Assembly (NCBI GenBank): GCA_949288805.1
Contig: CASELL010000001.1
Location: forward strand, 89,027-153,026
Reading direction: 5' to 3'
DNA: 64,000 bases
Origin: an uncultured Alphaproteobacteria bacterium
GTDB taxonomy: Bacteria; Pseudomonadota; Alphaproteobacteria; Rickettsiales; UBA1997
This document shows positions 46,901 to 54,758 of the stretch, one piece after another; position 1 is the stretch's first letter; the number at the start of each line of letters is the position of its first letter. The translations under genes and the position numbers were made by a program. The notes beneath the pieces are model-generated. The model worked only from the letters and a program-made list of their open reading frames with translations. It ran no database searches and was not told where the DNA came from.

Positions 46901-49900
46901 TTAATTGATGTATATTATATTTTCCAGACCAAAACCATATAAATCGTTAACTTGACATATTTTTAACTTATCTGGGTATTTATCAAAATAATAATCATAT
47001 TCTCTTTTATTTTCAATATATATACTATCAATAATTTCTTCATTTTTCAAAAATTCCAAATAATATTTTTCAGTTTTCTCAACAGATATATGATCTCTAT
47101 TATTCAACCAATTTACATACCCCCTACTCTTTTCTTTCCATTCTACATGTAAATAATTATCATATTTTTTATATTTTAAAAAACAAACTTTCATAGGTTT
47201 TAGATTTATACCTTTTATGTAATAAGTATAACTCTTTTCATTATCACCATCAATACTATTAATTTTATAATAATATTGATAATCTATTTTATCGTAATCG
47301 TAAGTTTGTTTATTTGTATATTCATTTAACAAAACAAAAATTTCATTTTCTTTATGATTATTAATTTCATCTTCAGTATCAAACAAACCTCTTAATAATT
47401 CGCTTATAGTATAAGTACCATCTTCATTTAAAACAATTTTATTAAATTGTATAATCTCCTTTCCATATAAAGCAATATTTTCGCCACTTAATATTGTATC
47501 TATATTTTTAAACATATCATCATCAATATTATGATTAAAATTAACAATTATTTTAGTATGTTTATCAAAATAATACGGTCTAATATTGATATCTTGTTCT
47601 AATTTCAAAACACTACCTATGCCACTACTAACTCTACTTTCAAATAAAAAATTATAACTATTATTATTTTTTGATTCATAAATATAAGCGCCTCTCCAAG
47701 TTTTTAACTCACCACTAACAACAAAAAATACATTAATTTTATCTATCATATCATTATTTAAAGCAGGAACTTCAACAATATTCAAATTACTATCACCAAC
47801 TCCCTGTAATATATCAATATTATCATTAATTTCATTATCTTCTTTTACATTATATATAGTATTATCAAATATTTTTGCTTGTACTTTTATTGTATAATTT
47901 TCTATACTTATATTAGTTATTTTTAATATATATTTATAATCATTAACAATTAAACTAACAATATCACTAGTTTCAAGATATATATAATTCAAAGGTAATA
48001 TAAAATCAAAAGTAATTCTTTCTAACCAAGTAGAATATAATATAGTTTCAGCAATAGTTTTTGCTCTGCTTTCTTCTAATATTATAGGTATTGTTTCAAC
48101 ATAAACATTATTATTATTTATAGAGGTTCTTTCAACATAAACAGAATTAGTATCATAATCTCTATTTTTGTCTAAAAATATTAAATTAACTCTTTGAGGT
48201 AAATCTTTATCACTAACTAATTCAATATTAATGTATTTGTTATTACTTATCTCTATTAAATCTTTATTACTAATTTCTATAATATTGTTATTGTTTTTAT
48301 TTGATATAAAGGCAATTTTACCATTTTTTTCTACACAATCAAAAAAATATACCTTTTGTAAAATATAAAAAACATCCCTAACAGTCATTGTATTATTAAT
48401 AACAAAACCGTTTATGAATTCATCAAGATTTATATTATCAAGTAAAGATAAATCTATATCTGCATCTTTAAATATTTGGGTTATTGAAACTTTAGCATTA
48501 GATAACCCAACTTTACCATTCAAAGAATAATCATATTTCCAATTCTCACCATCTTTCCATATATCAACTTTATTAGGATAATAAGGATAAGGCCTTATGT
48601 CCCAATAATACACAAACTTATTTTCTATATATTCAACATTTTTAAAAACTTCTTCTGTCGCCTCTATTGCTATTCTTTGAGCATAAAAATTACTATCTCC
48701 CATAGAATAAACTGGCAATTCAACAACTTTATATGGTTCATTTGTAGCTCCATCTATTGATCTAAAACCATATTCCGTAAACCATATTTTTTTCAATCTT
48801 TCACTCCAAGGACTAAAACTACCATCTTTATTAGTGTGTTTATTATTCCACCAATATTCAATATTTTTATAACCATCTTTATCTTCTATGTTTATTTTCT
48901 CATCATCCACAATTATATAATCATAACCCTCACCACTAAACCAAGATTGTTTTATTAAATCTTTATTTATACTATCTTGTGGACAATTAGTTAAAGGAAA
49001 GAAAGCTTTTATCCCTACAAAATCTATATATTCACTAGCCCACAATTTATCTAAATTATAATAACCATCTAAACTATGATATTCTTTAAAACCAGCACTA
49101 TAACTAACTTTTACATTTTCTCCAACTATTTCTTTTACTTGTTTTGCTAATTCAATTAAATTATTAACTCCAACAAAATTATAATTTTCATCATGAATAC
49201 TTGTAATTGAAGTAAGTTCATTTCCTATTAAAAAAACATCAATATAATCTTTTAATAAATTAGCATAATGTAAAATAAATTCATTATAACCATTATTTTT
49301 TTTAAAAAAATTATCAATATCTTCTATACTACCATTTAATAATTTATAAGAAGGAGTATTTTCAATATCAACTAATATTTCAGGACAAAATACAGTTTTT
49401 TTATTTCTATTTTTTAATTCTTTGAAAAAACTTAAAACATCATTATCACCAAAACTTGCTCCATTAAATCTAAAAGTTCCATCGCTATTTTTACCAAGAA
49501 GTGGTGTATTATATCTATTCCATTTTGTCCCAACTTTAAAAGAATCTGGTTTTGTGTAAATAGGATAACCAATTGTATTTGGATAAGAAGTAAAAACATT
49601 AAAATCAACTCTTGGCTTTAATTCACAATCTTTAATATTTAAACTATCAGCAAACATTGCAATATGAGGTACAACCCATTCACAATTAACAAATCTATCT
49701 AATAATTGATTTAAAGATAATAGTCCATCAGCAATATTTTCACTATTATTTTGATTTAATACAGTCCACGATCCAACACCAGATGGTATATAGTCAGGAT
49801 TTATTTGATCTTCAGCTCTATATTGTATTTTAGTATTTAATCTTGAATAACCATTACAAGGCATTAAATTAATGCCTTTTACACAAAAATCTAAACTATT

Positions 49901-50539
49901 TTCATCAATAGTATAATCATTTTTTCTTGTTATTTCAAATAAAAAATTAGGTATTCTATTGTTAAACTCTGTTAAAGGAAAGTTTTCAAAAACAATATAA
50001 CACATATCTCTATAAGCAGGAGTTTTTCCAATTCCATTTATAGCTTCCATCAAAGAATCAGGCTCTTGATTACTTGTTCCATTATAAAATCTATATTTAT
50101 ATTTTTTTAAATCTAACAATGTAGAATCAGCCCATATATTTTTAATATCTTCAACTTCACCTTTACATATTGATATAGCAAAACTTAAATAATAAAAATA
50201 TTCTATACTTGTTTGTTTTATTTTTTGGCCCTTACCTATTTTTATAGAGGTTGTATTAGTATTATAAACTTCTTTAATATCTCCTAACCATATTATATTA
50301 CCAGCAATTCTGTTTGTTCCATATATTAAAGGTATTACTTTATTATAGCTTGAAGCCTGTATTGATATTTCAGATAATTTACCGGTTATTTTATCTTTTT
50401 TCCATGTAGTTGTTCCAAAACTATCTTTTACATCGTCAACTAAATTAATAATTTGATTTTTTTTGCTATTTATAGAACTTAAGGCTTGCGAAAAAATAAA
50501 AGTGGTCATTTGAATTATTGTTTTTTCTTTATTTTTCAA
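46901..50539 (-). CDS. Gene-transfer-agent g15-like baseplate/host-specificity protein (phage-tail N-domain plus TIM-barrel-like glycoside hydrolase-type domain)
   Basis: The N-terminal block LSEISIQASSYNKVIPLIYGTNRIAGNIIWLGDIKE...YFYYLSFAISICKGEVEDIKNIWADSTLLDL...YRFYNGTSNQEPDSLMEAINGIGKTPAYRDMCYIVFENFPLTEFNNRIPNFLFEI follows the conserved N-terminus of alphaproteobacterial GTA ORFg15 homologs as I remember it. The central IDVFLIGNELTSIT resembles the GTA TIM-barrel-like motif. Confidence 0.75.
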   Translation of the reverse strand: MKNKEKTIIQMTTFIFSQALSSINSKKNQIINLVDDVKDSFGTTTWKKDKITGKLSEISIQASSYNKVIPLIYGTNRIAGNIIWLGDIKEVYNTNTTSIKIGKGQKIKQTSIEYFYYLSFAISICKGEVEDIKNIWADSTLLDLKKYKYRFYNGTSNQEPDSLMEAINGIGKTPAYRDMCYIVFENFPLTEFNNRIPNFLFEITRKNDYTIDENSLDFCVKGINLMPCNGYSRLNTKIQYRAEDQINPDYIPSGVGSWTVLNQNNSENIADGLLSLNQLLDRFVNCEWVVPHIAMFADSLNIKDCELKPRVDFNVFTSYPNTIGYPIYTKPDSFKVGTKWNRYNTPLLGKNSDGTFRFNGASFGDNDVLSFFKELKNRNKKTVFCPEILVDIENTPSYKLLNGSIEDIDNFFKKNNGYNEFILHYANLLKDYIDVFLIGNELTSITSIHDENYNFVGVNNLIELAKQVKEIVGENVKVSYSAGFKEYHSLDGYYNLDKLWASEYIDFVGIKAFFPLTNCPQDSINKDLIKQSWFSGEGYDYIIVDDEKINIEDKDGYKNIEYWWNNKHTNKDGSFSPWSERLKKIWFTEYGFRSIDGATNEPYKVVELPVYSMGDSNFYAQRIAIEATEEVFKNVEYIENKFVYYWDIRPYPYYPNKVDIWKDGENWKYDYSLNGKVGLSNAKVSITQIFKDADIDLSLLDNINLDEFINGFVINNTMTVRDVFYILQKVYFFDCVEKNGKIAFISNKNNNNIIEISNKDLIEISNNKYINIELVSDKDLPQRVNLIFLDKNRDYDTNSVYVERTSINNNNVYVETIPIILEESRAKTIAETILYSTWLERITFDFILPLNYIYLETSDIVSLIVNDYKYILKITNISIENYTIKVQAKIFDNTIYNVKEDNEINDNIDILQGVGDSNLNIVEVPALNNDMIDKINVFFVVSGELKTWRGAYIYESKNNNSYNFLFESRVSSGIGSVLKLEQDINIRPYYFDKHTKIIVNFNHNIDDDMFKNIDTILSGENIALYGKEIIQFNKIVLNEDGTYTISELLRGLFDTEDEINNHKENEIFVLLNEYTNKQTYDYDKIDYQYYYKINSIDGDNEKSYTYYIKGINLKPMKVCFLKYKKYDNYLHVEWKEKSRGYVNWLNNRDHISVEKTEKYYLEFLKNEEIIDSIYIENKREYDYYFDKYPDKLKICQVNDLYGFGLENIIYIN

Positions 50540-50657
50540 TACATTTTTTTTATACGGCAGTATATAAAATTCTTTATTAAAAAAAATTAACTAAATATTT
50601 TTTAATCAACATTAAACATTTTTATATAAAAAATGTTCTTTTTTTAAACATTTTTTC

Positions 50658-50686
50658 TTGACATTTAAAAAATTATGTTTTACAAT
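50658..50686 (+). promoter_or_regulatory. Near-consensus sigma70 promoter with no downstream CDS
   Basis: TTGACA (50658-50663), 17-nt spacer, TACAAT (50681-50686). Confidence 0.5.
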
Positions 50687-50692
50687 GTATTC

Positions 50693-50781
50693 GAAACAGA
50701 GTTTTGTTTTTTATTTTTTTCCTTTATTTTTTAATCAGGGTTGGTATTTAGAATACCAACCTTGCTTTTTAGTACAAACAA
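50693..50781 (+). ncRNA. Candidate small U-rich RNA of about 90 nt, defined by promoter plus intrinsic terminator
   Basis: Predicted TSS is about 7 nt after the -10 box. The transcript would end at the 50746-50780 terminator. No ORF. The identity is unknown, and the ends are inferred, not measured. Confidence 0.35.
50746..50780 (+). terminator. Intrinsic terminator
   Basis: 12-bp stem cagggttggtat/ataccaaccttg (one G-U pair), 5-nt loop ttaga, followed by cTTTTT. Confidence 0.6.
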
Positions 50782-50823
50782 TAAAAAAGTAATATAGTCT
50801 AAATGCTATAAAAACATAAAATT

Positions 50824-50995
50824 AAAAAAACATTATTATGGTAATAGTACCACTAAAAGGGATGAATAGTTGTCACTAAGACCTTGTATGTAAAGTGGGT
50901 ATCACATACCGCAACCACGATTGCGACAGAGGCGACTCCCGAAAGTATTAAAAGAGTCTCTGGGATTCATACAAATTCTGTCCCTTAAAGTAGTA
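50824..50995 (-). ncRNA. Candidate structured RNA of about 170 nt, family unknown, with its own near-consensus promoter
   Basis: The 140-nt core 50852-50991 has 58 G+C by hand count, against extremely AT-rich flanks. Its 5' and 3' ends pair (ACUUUAAGGGA with UCCCUUUUAGU). Internal helices: CAGAG-ACUC/GAGU-CUCUG, CGCAA/UUGCG, UAUGUGA/UUACAUA. A weak hairpin plus U7 at 50824-50853 is a possible 3' end. Confidence 0.5.
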
Positions 50996-51000
50996 ATAAT

Positions 51001-51029
51001 ATTGTATAAATTAATTATTAAATAGTCAA
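51001..51029 (-). promoter_or_regulatory. Near-consensus sigma70 promoter driving the structured RNA candidate
   Basis: Minus strand: TTGACT (51024-51029), 17-nt spacer, TACAAT (51001-51006). The predicted TSS near 50994 is immediately 5' of the closing stem. Confidence 0.55.
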
Positions 51030-51115
51030 GTACTATTTATATTTATTTTTTTTAATATTGATTTATTATTATTAAATACTATTATCTATATTGTATAAAA
51101 ATAATTTTATAGTAT

Positions 51116-51445
51116 ATGTTTTACGTAAGAAAAACCATGGAAATATCCGCTTCACACCAAGTAGAATTTCCTACAGAACATAAATGTGAAAAATTACATG
51201 GTCATAACTGGACTATTGATGTTTTTTGTAAAAATGAAACTTTAAATGAAAATGGTGTAGTTGTTGATTTTACAGAAATTAAGAAAATAGTTCATGGAAA
51301 ATTAGATCATCAAAACTTAAATGAAGTTTTAGATTTTAATCCTACTTCTGAAAATATTGCTAAATGGATAGTTGATAACGTCCCTTTTTGTTATAAGGCT
51401 ATCGTTAGAGAAAGTCAAAACAATGAGGCTACTTATGAGCTTTAA
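51116..51445 (+). CDS. 6-carboxytetrahydropterin synthase QueD / 6-pyruvoyl-tetrahydropterin synthase (PTPS) family
   Basis: ISASHQ at the N-terminus and the CEKLHGHNW zinc/catalytic motif. 109 aa. Confidence 0.8.
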   Translation: MFYVRKTMEISASHQVEFPTEHKCEKLHGHNWTIDVFCKNETLNENGVVVDFTEIKKIVHGKLDHQNLNEVLDFNPTSENIAKWIVDNVPFCYKAIVRESQNNEATYEL

Positions 51446-51977
51446 TCTTGAAGAATTAGAAAAATCAACTAATATTTTTTTAAAAGCAATAGGTGAAGAT
51501 ATAAAAAGAGAAGGGTTAATTGAAACACCAAAAAGAGTTGCTAAAAGTTGGGCTGAATTATTGAATGGTTATAATCAAAACGACAAACAATTTTATAAAA
51601 CATTTAATTGTGATAATAGCAATCTTATAATTATTAAAAATATTGAATTTACATCATTTTGCGAACATCATATTTTACCATTTCAAGGACTAATTACAAT
51701 AGGCTATGAACCAAATGGTAAAGTTTTAGGATTAAGTAAATTTGGAAGAATTGTTGACTGTTTTGCTAAAAGATTACAATTACAAGAAAAACTAGTTAAT
51801 GATATAGGTAAGTCAATACTTGAAAATTTAAAGCCTAAATCATTATTTGTAATATCAAAAGCAACTCATTCCTGTATGGCTTGTAGGGGAATTAAAAAAC
51901 AAAAATCTAATACATTAACATTTTTTACATATGGAAAAAAATATAATGAATTAGATTTAATTAAATTAATTGATTAA
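51435..51977 (+). CDS. folE: GTP cyclohydrolase I (type 1)
   Basis: TPKRVAKSW, FTSFCEHHILPF and ATHSCMACRGIKK. The track ORF starts at 51372, but the ATG at 51435 (MSFNLEE) is more likely. It overlaps the queD-like end by 11 nt. Confidence 0.9.
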   Translation: MSFNLEELEKSTNIFLKAIGEDIKREGLIETPKRVAKSWAELLNGYNQNDKQFYKTFNCDNSNLIIIKNIEFTSFCEHHILPFQGLITIGYEPNGKVLGLSKFGRIVDCFAKRLQLQEKLVNDIGKSILENLKPKSLFVISKATHSCMACRGIKKQKSNTLTFFTYGKKYNELDLIKLID

Positions 51978-52586
51978 TATTTTTAAAGATTCTTTTATTA
52001 AATTAATCGACCATTTTAATATTATTATTGCCCCCAAAATACCAATTAAAGGATCAAAAAATATTAAATTAAAATATTTACCTAATAATAGAGCAATTAT
52101 TGCTATAATTGATGTTAAAGCATCTGTTAATATATGTAAATATGCAGACTTAAAATTTAAATTTTCCTCGATATGATGCTCATGGTGATGATGTGAATGA
52201 TTATCTTTCATTAATAATATAGACACCAAATTAACAATTAAACCTATAATAGCAACTAAAATAGCTTCGTTAAAATAAATGTTTTCTCTTTTTATAAGTT
52301 TTTCTACTGATTCATAAAAAATAAAAAAAGACGTTAAAAGAAGTAAAATTGCGCTAGTATAACCACCAATTGCATTTAATGTTTTTTCTTTTTCTTTATA
52401 TTTTGTAATAAATATACATATAATATAAGTTATAGATAAAGCAAAAACATGTGTACCCATATGAAAACCATCAGCAGTTAAAGCCATAGAATTAGTTATT
52501 ATACCAAAAAATATTTCAGCAAACATTGTTATTAAATCTACAATTATAACTAATTTTGTTTTTCTTTTTAATTCGTTATTATTCAT
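51966..52586 (-). CDS. Short cation diffusion facilitator (CzcD/ZitB-like TM domain with His-rich loop; no obvious C-terminal cytoplasmic domain)
   Basis: NSMALTADGFHMGTH (TM2 site), HILTDALTS (TM5 site), loop DNHSHHHHEHHIEEN. Only 206 aa. Its 3' end overlaps the folE 3' end by 12 nt (convergent). Confidence 0.75.
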   Translation of the reverse strand: MNNNELKRKTKLVIIVDLITMFAEIFFGIITNSMALTADGFHMGTHVFALSITYIICIFITKYKEKEKTLNAIGGYTSAILLLLTSFFIFYESVEKLIKRENIYFNEAILVAIIGLIVNLVSILLMKDNHSHHHHEHHIEENLNFKSAYLHILTDALTSIIAIIALLLGKYFNLIFFDPLIGILGAIIILKWSINLIKESLKILIN

Positions 52587-52594
52587 AATTAATC

Positions 52595-52867
52595 CTAATC
52601 AACTTTACTAATATTATTAACTAATTCTTCTATTAATTCTCTATAATCGTTATTATTTTTTATTGAATTAGTAATATGATTGTTAAGGTGATCTTTTATT
52701 ATTTCTTTACTAACACCTTTTAAAGCAGATCTAATAGAAGATATTTGATTTAATATTTCAATACACTCTCTACCTTCTTCTATCATCTTTGATATAGCTT
52801 TAACTTGTCCCTCTATTCTGTTAAGACGAACCTTTAAATTTTTTTCATTTTCATAATAACATTTCAT
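52595..52867 (-). CDS. CsoR/RcnR/FrmR-family metal-sensing transcriptional repressor (DUF156)
   Basis: LNRIEGQVKAISKMIEEGRECIEILNQISSIRSALKGVSKEIIKDHL is the characteristic RIEGQ core. 90 aa. Lies 8 nt upstream of the CDF gene. Confidence 0.85.
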   Translation of the reverse strand: MKCYYENEKNLKVRLNRIEGQVKAISKMIEEGRECIEILNQISSIRSALKGVSKEIIKDHLNNHITNSIKNNNDYRELIEELVNNISKVD

Positions 52868-52873
52868 AAAATA

Positions 52874-52901
52874 ATATACATTATAGCCCTATAATGTATA
52901 T
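52874..52901. promoter_or_regulatory. 28-bp palindrome: operator candidate for the CsoR-family repressor, overlapping a TATAAT box
   Basis: ATATACATTATAG CC CTATAATGTATAT has perfect 13-nt arms. It lies 7-34 nt upstream of the repressor ATG. On the minus strand the arm contains TATAAT. Confidence 0.4.
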
Positions 52902-52986
52902 ATAAAAAATAAATTTTAAAAGTCAATATATTACTATATAAAATAAAAAAGACTTGATTTTTATTTTTTAAAATAATACAATATTT

Positions 52987-54063
52987 TTGTTAATTAATTT
53001 TATTATTGTGCTTAAAAAAATTAGTAATATATTTAAAACAAAAAGAATAATAGTAGTGTCTGATGGAAGTATTAAAACCACAGAGATCAATAATTGGAAT
53101 AGGTGTTTTAGATTTTTAATCTTTTTATGGTGTATTTTTACAAGTGTATTTTTCTTATTTAATTATAGAATCCAACTTGTAAAAGATAAAAAAATTATAG
53201 AACTAAAAAATATAAATGCCAGTTTAAATAATAGTATTACAGATCTAAATTCAATTGTTAATAATGTAGAAGAATATTTGACTACTTTAAATTTTTATGA
53301 TAGATTTAGTGATATAGACGTATCAAAAGTCAATAATGTTAAAAATAAACTTAAAAATGATAGTTATATAACAGTTGAGGAATATAAACAAATAATACCA
53401 ATTTTAGATAAAATAGAACATACTATAAATAATATTGATATTTTGGTTAGTTCTAGAGTAAATGGTATAAATAAATTGTTACAAGAGGTTTCTTTGGATA
53501 CAAAAGCTAGAGAAATGTATAATGTTAGTTATAAAAATAATGATACAACTGTTGAAAATAGTTTATTTAAAAATAGTGCGCTTGTTAGAACAAGTGATTT
53601 CTTGGATTTAAAATATAACATAGATTACTTAAACTTTTTAGAATCTTTTTTAGATTCTATACCTATGGGAAAACCAATGAAAAATTACTATTTATCTAGT
53701 AGGTTTGGTTCTAGAATAGATCCATTTACAAAACAAGTTAAAACACATAATGGTTTAGATTTTGCTGGACCATACAATTCAGTTGTCTATGCTCCAGCCG
53801 ATGGTGTTGTTATGTTTACTGGAATTAGAGGTGGTTTTGGAAATAGTTTGAATATAAAACATAAAAACAATATAACAACAGATTATGCTCATTTGGGAAA
53901 AATACTCGTTAAAGAAGGTGATGTTATAAAAAGAGGAGATAAAATAGGAATTCAGGGTTCAACTGGTAGAAGTACCGGTCAACATCTTCATTGGGAAGTT
54001 AGAGTTGATAATAAAAGGGTTGATCCATTGAAGTTTATAAAAGTTGGAGAAAAGGTATTTTAA
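52987..54063 (+). CDS. M23-family peptidoglycan metalloendopeptidase with N-terminal anchor and coiled-coil region
   Basis: HNGLDFAGP, DYAHL and GRSTGQHLHWEVRV (HxxxD / HxH M23 motifs). TTG start is uncertain. Confidence 0.85.
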   Translation: MLINFIIVLKKISNIFKTKRIIVVSDGSIKTTEINNWNRCFRFLIFLWCIFTSVFFLFNYRIQLVKDKKIIELKNINASLNNSITDLNSIVNNVEEYLTTLNFYDRFSDIDVSKVNNVKNKLKNDSYITVEEYKQIIPILDKIEHTINNIDILVSSRVNGINKLLQEVSLDTKAREMYNVSYKNNDTTVENSLFKNSALVRTSDFLDLKYNIDYLNFLESFLDSIPMGKPMKNYYLSSRFGSRIDPFTKQVKTHNGLDFAGPYNSVVYAPADGVVMFTGIRGGFGNSLNIKHKNNITTDYAHLGKILVKEGDVIKRGDKIGIQGSTGRSTGQHLHWEVRVDNKRVDPLKFIKVGEKVF

Positions 54064-54070
54064 TAAATAA

Positions 54071-54487
54071 GTGGAGAACAATATGGTTTTAATAAATTCA
54101 AAAGATATTCCTTCCGTTATTTCAAAGTCCGTAAATATAAATGGAGATATTACTAACGGTGGTATTATAGAAATAGAAGGAAATATAGAAGGTAACATTA
54201 CGGCAGATACTGTCACAATAAGAGAAGGTGGTTTTATAAAAGGTAATATAAATTGTAAAACATTTAATATAAAAGGTAATTTTAATGGAAATGCTAGATC
54301 TGATAAAATAAATATAGCAGATACAGCAATTATAAATGGATTATTAGAGTATAACTTTTTATCTGCTGATTATGGTGCTAATATTAATTGCGAATTAAAA
54401 AGATTAACAGACCAAAAAAATGCTGTAAAATTATCTGATATTTTAAAAAAAGATGAAAAGAAAGAAGAAAATAAAAAAAATAATTAA
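54071..54487 (+). CDS. Bactofilin (polymer-forming cytoskeletal protein, CcmA-like)
   Basis: Beta-helical repeat pattern INGDITNGGIIEIEGNIEGNITADTVTIREGGFIKGNINCKTFNIKGNFNGNARSDKINIADTAIINGLLEY with a K/E-rich tail. The start could be the ATG at 54083. Confidence 0.8.
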   Translation: MENNMVLINSKDIPSVISKSVNINGDITNGGIIEIEGNIEGNITADTVTIREGGFIKGNINCKTFNIKGNFNGNARSDKINIADTAIINGLLEYNFLSADYGANINCELKRLTDQKNAVKLSDILKKDEKKEENKKNN

Positions 54488-54530
54488 TTAATAATTTATT
54501 AACAAACTTAATAAAGGTGGTAAATATATA

Positions 54531-54716
54531 ATGGTTCAAGTAGTAATAGGAGATCAAAATAAACTGGAAATGGGTATTAGGATTTTTAGAAAAAAGACCC
54601 AAAAAGAAGGAATAATTAAAGAATCTAGAAGAAGAGTTGAATATGAAAAACCTTCCGAAAAAAGAAAAAGAAAAATTAAAGAAAGTATTTCTAGATCGAA
54701 AAAAAAGAAAAAATAA
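54531..54716 (+). CDS. rpsU: 30S ribosomal protein S21
   Basis: MVQVVIGDQNKLEMGIRIFRKKTQKEGIIKESRRRVEYEKPSEKRKRK. AAAGGTGG SD. Confidence 0.9.
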   Translation: MVQVVIGDQNKLEMGIRIFRKKTQKEGIIKESRRRVEYEKPSEKRKRKIKESISRSKKKKK

Positions 54717-54758
54717 TAATGTTTATGTTTTTTAATATTAATAAAATGAGTAAAAACA

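Noticed and set aside
50824-50995. Assigning the structured RNA to tmRNA, RNase P RNA or SRP RNA, or reading it on the plus strand as a preQ1/THF-type riboswitch for queD-folE
   Set aside because: It has no T-loop GGTTCGA or alanine-tag frame ending in a typical tag, no GGAAAGTCC/ACAGAA P4 elements and no GGAAGCAGC SRP motif. The riboswitch reading is weakened because the adjoining consensus promoter faces the opposite way, the element ends more than 120 nt before the queD ATG, and no expression platform follows. I cannot exclude it without covariance-model searches.
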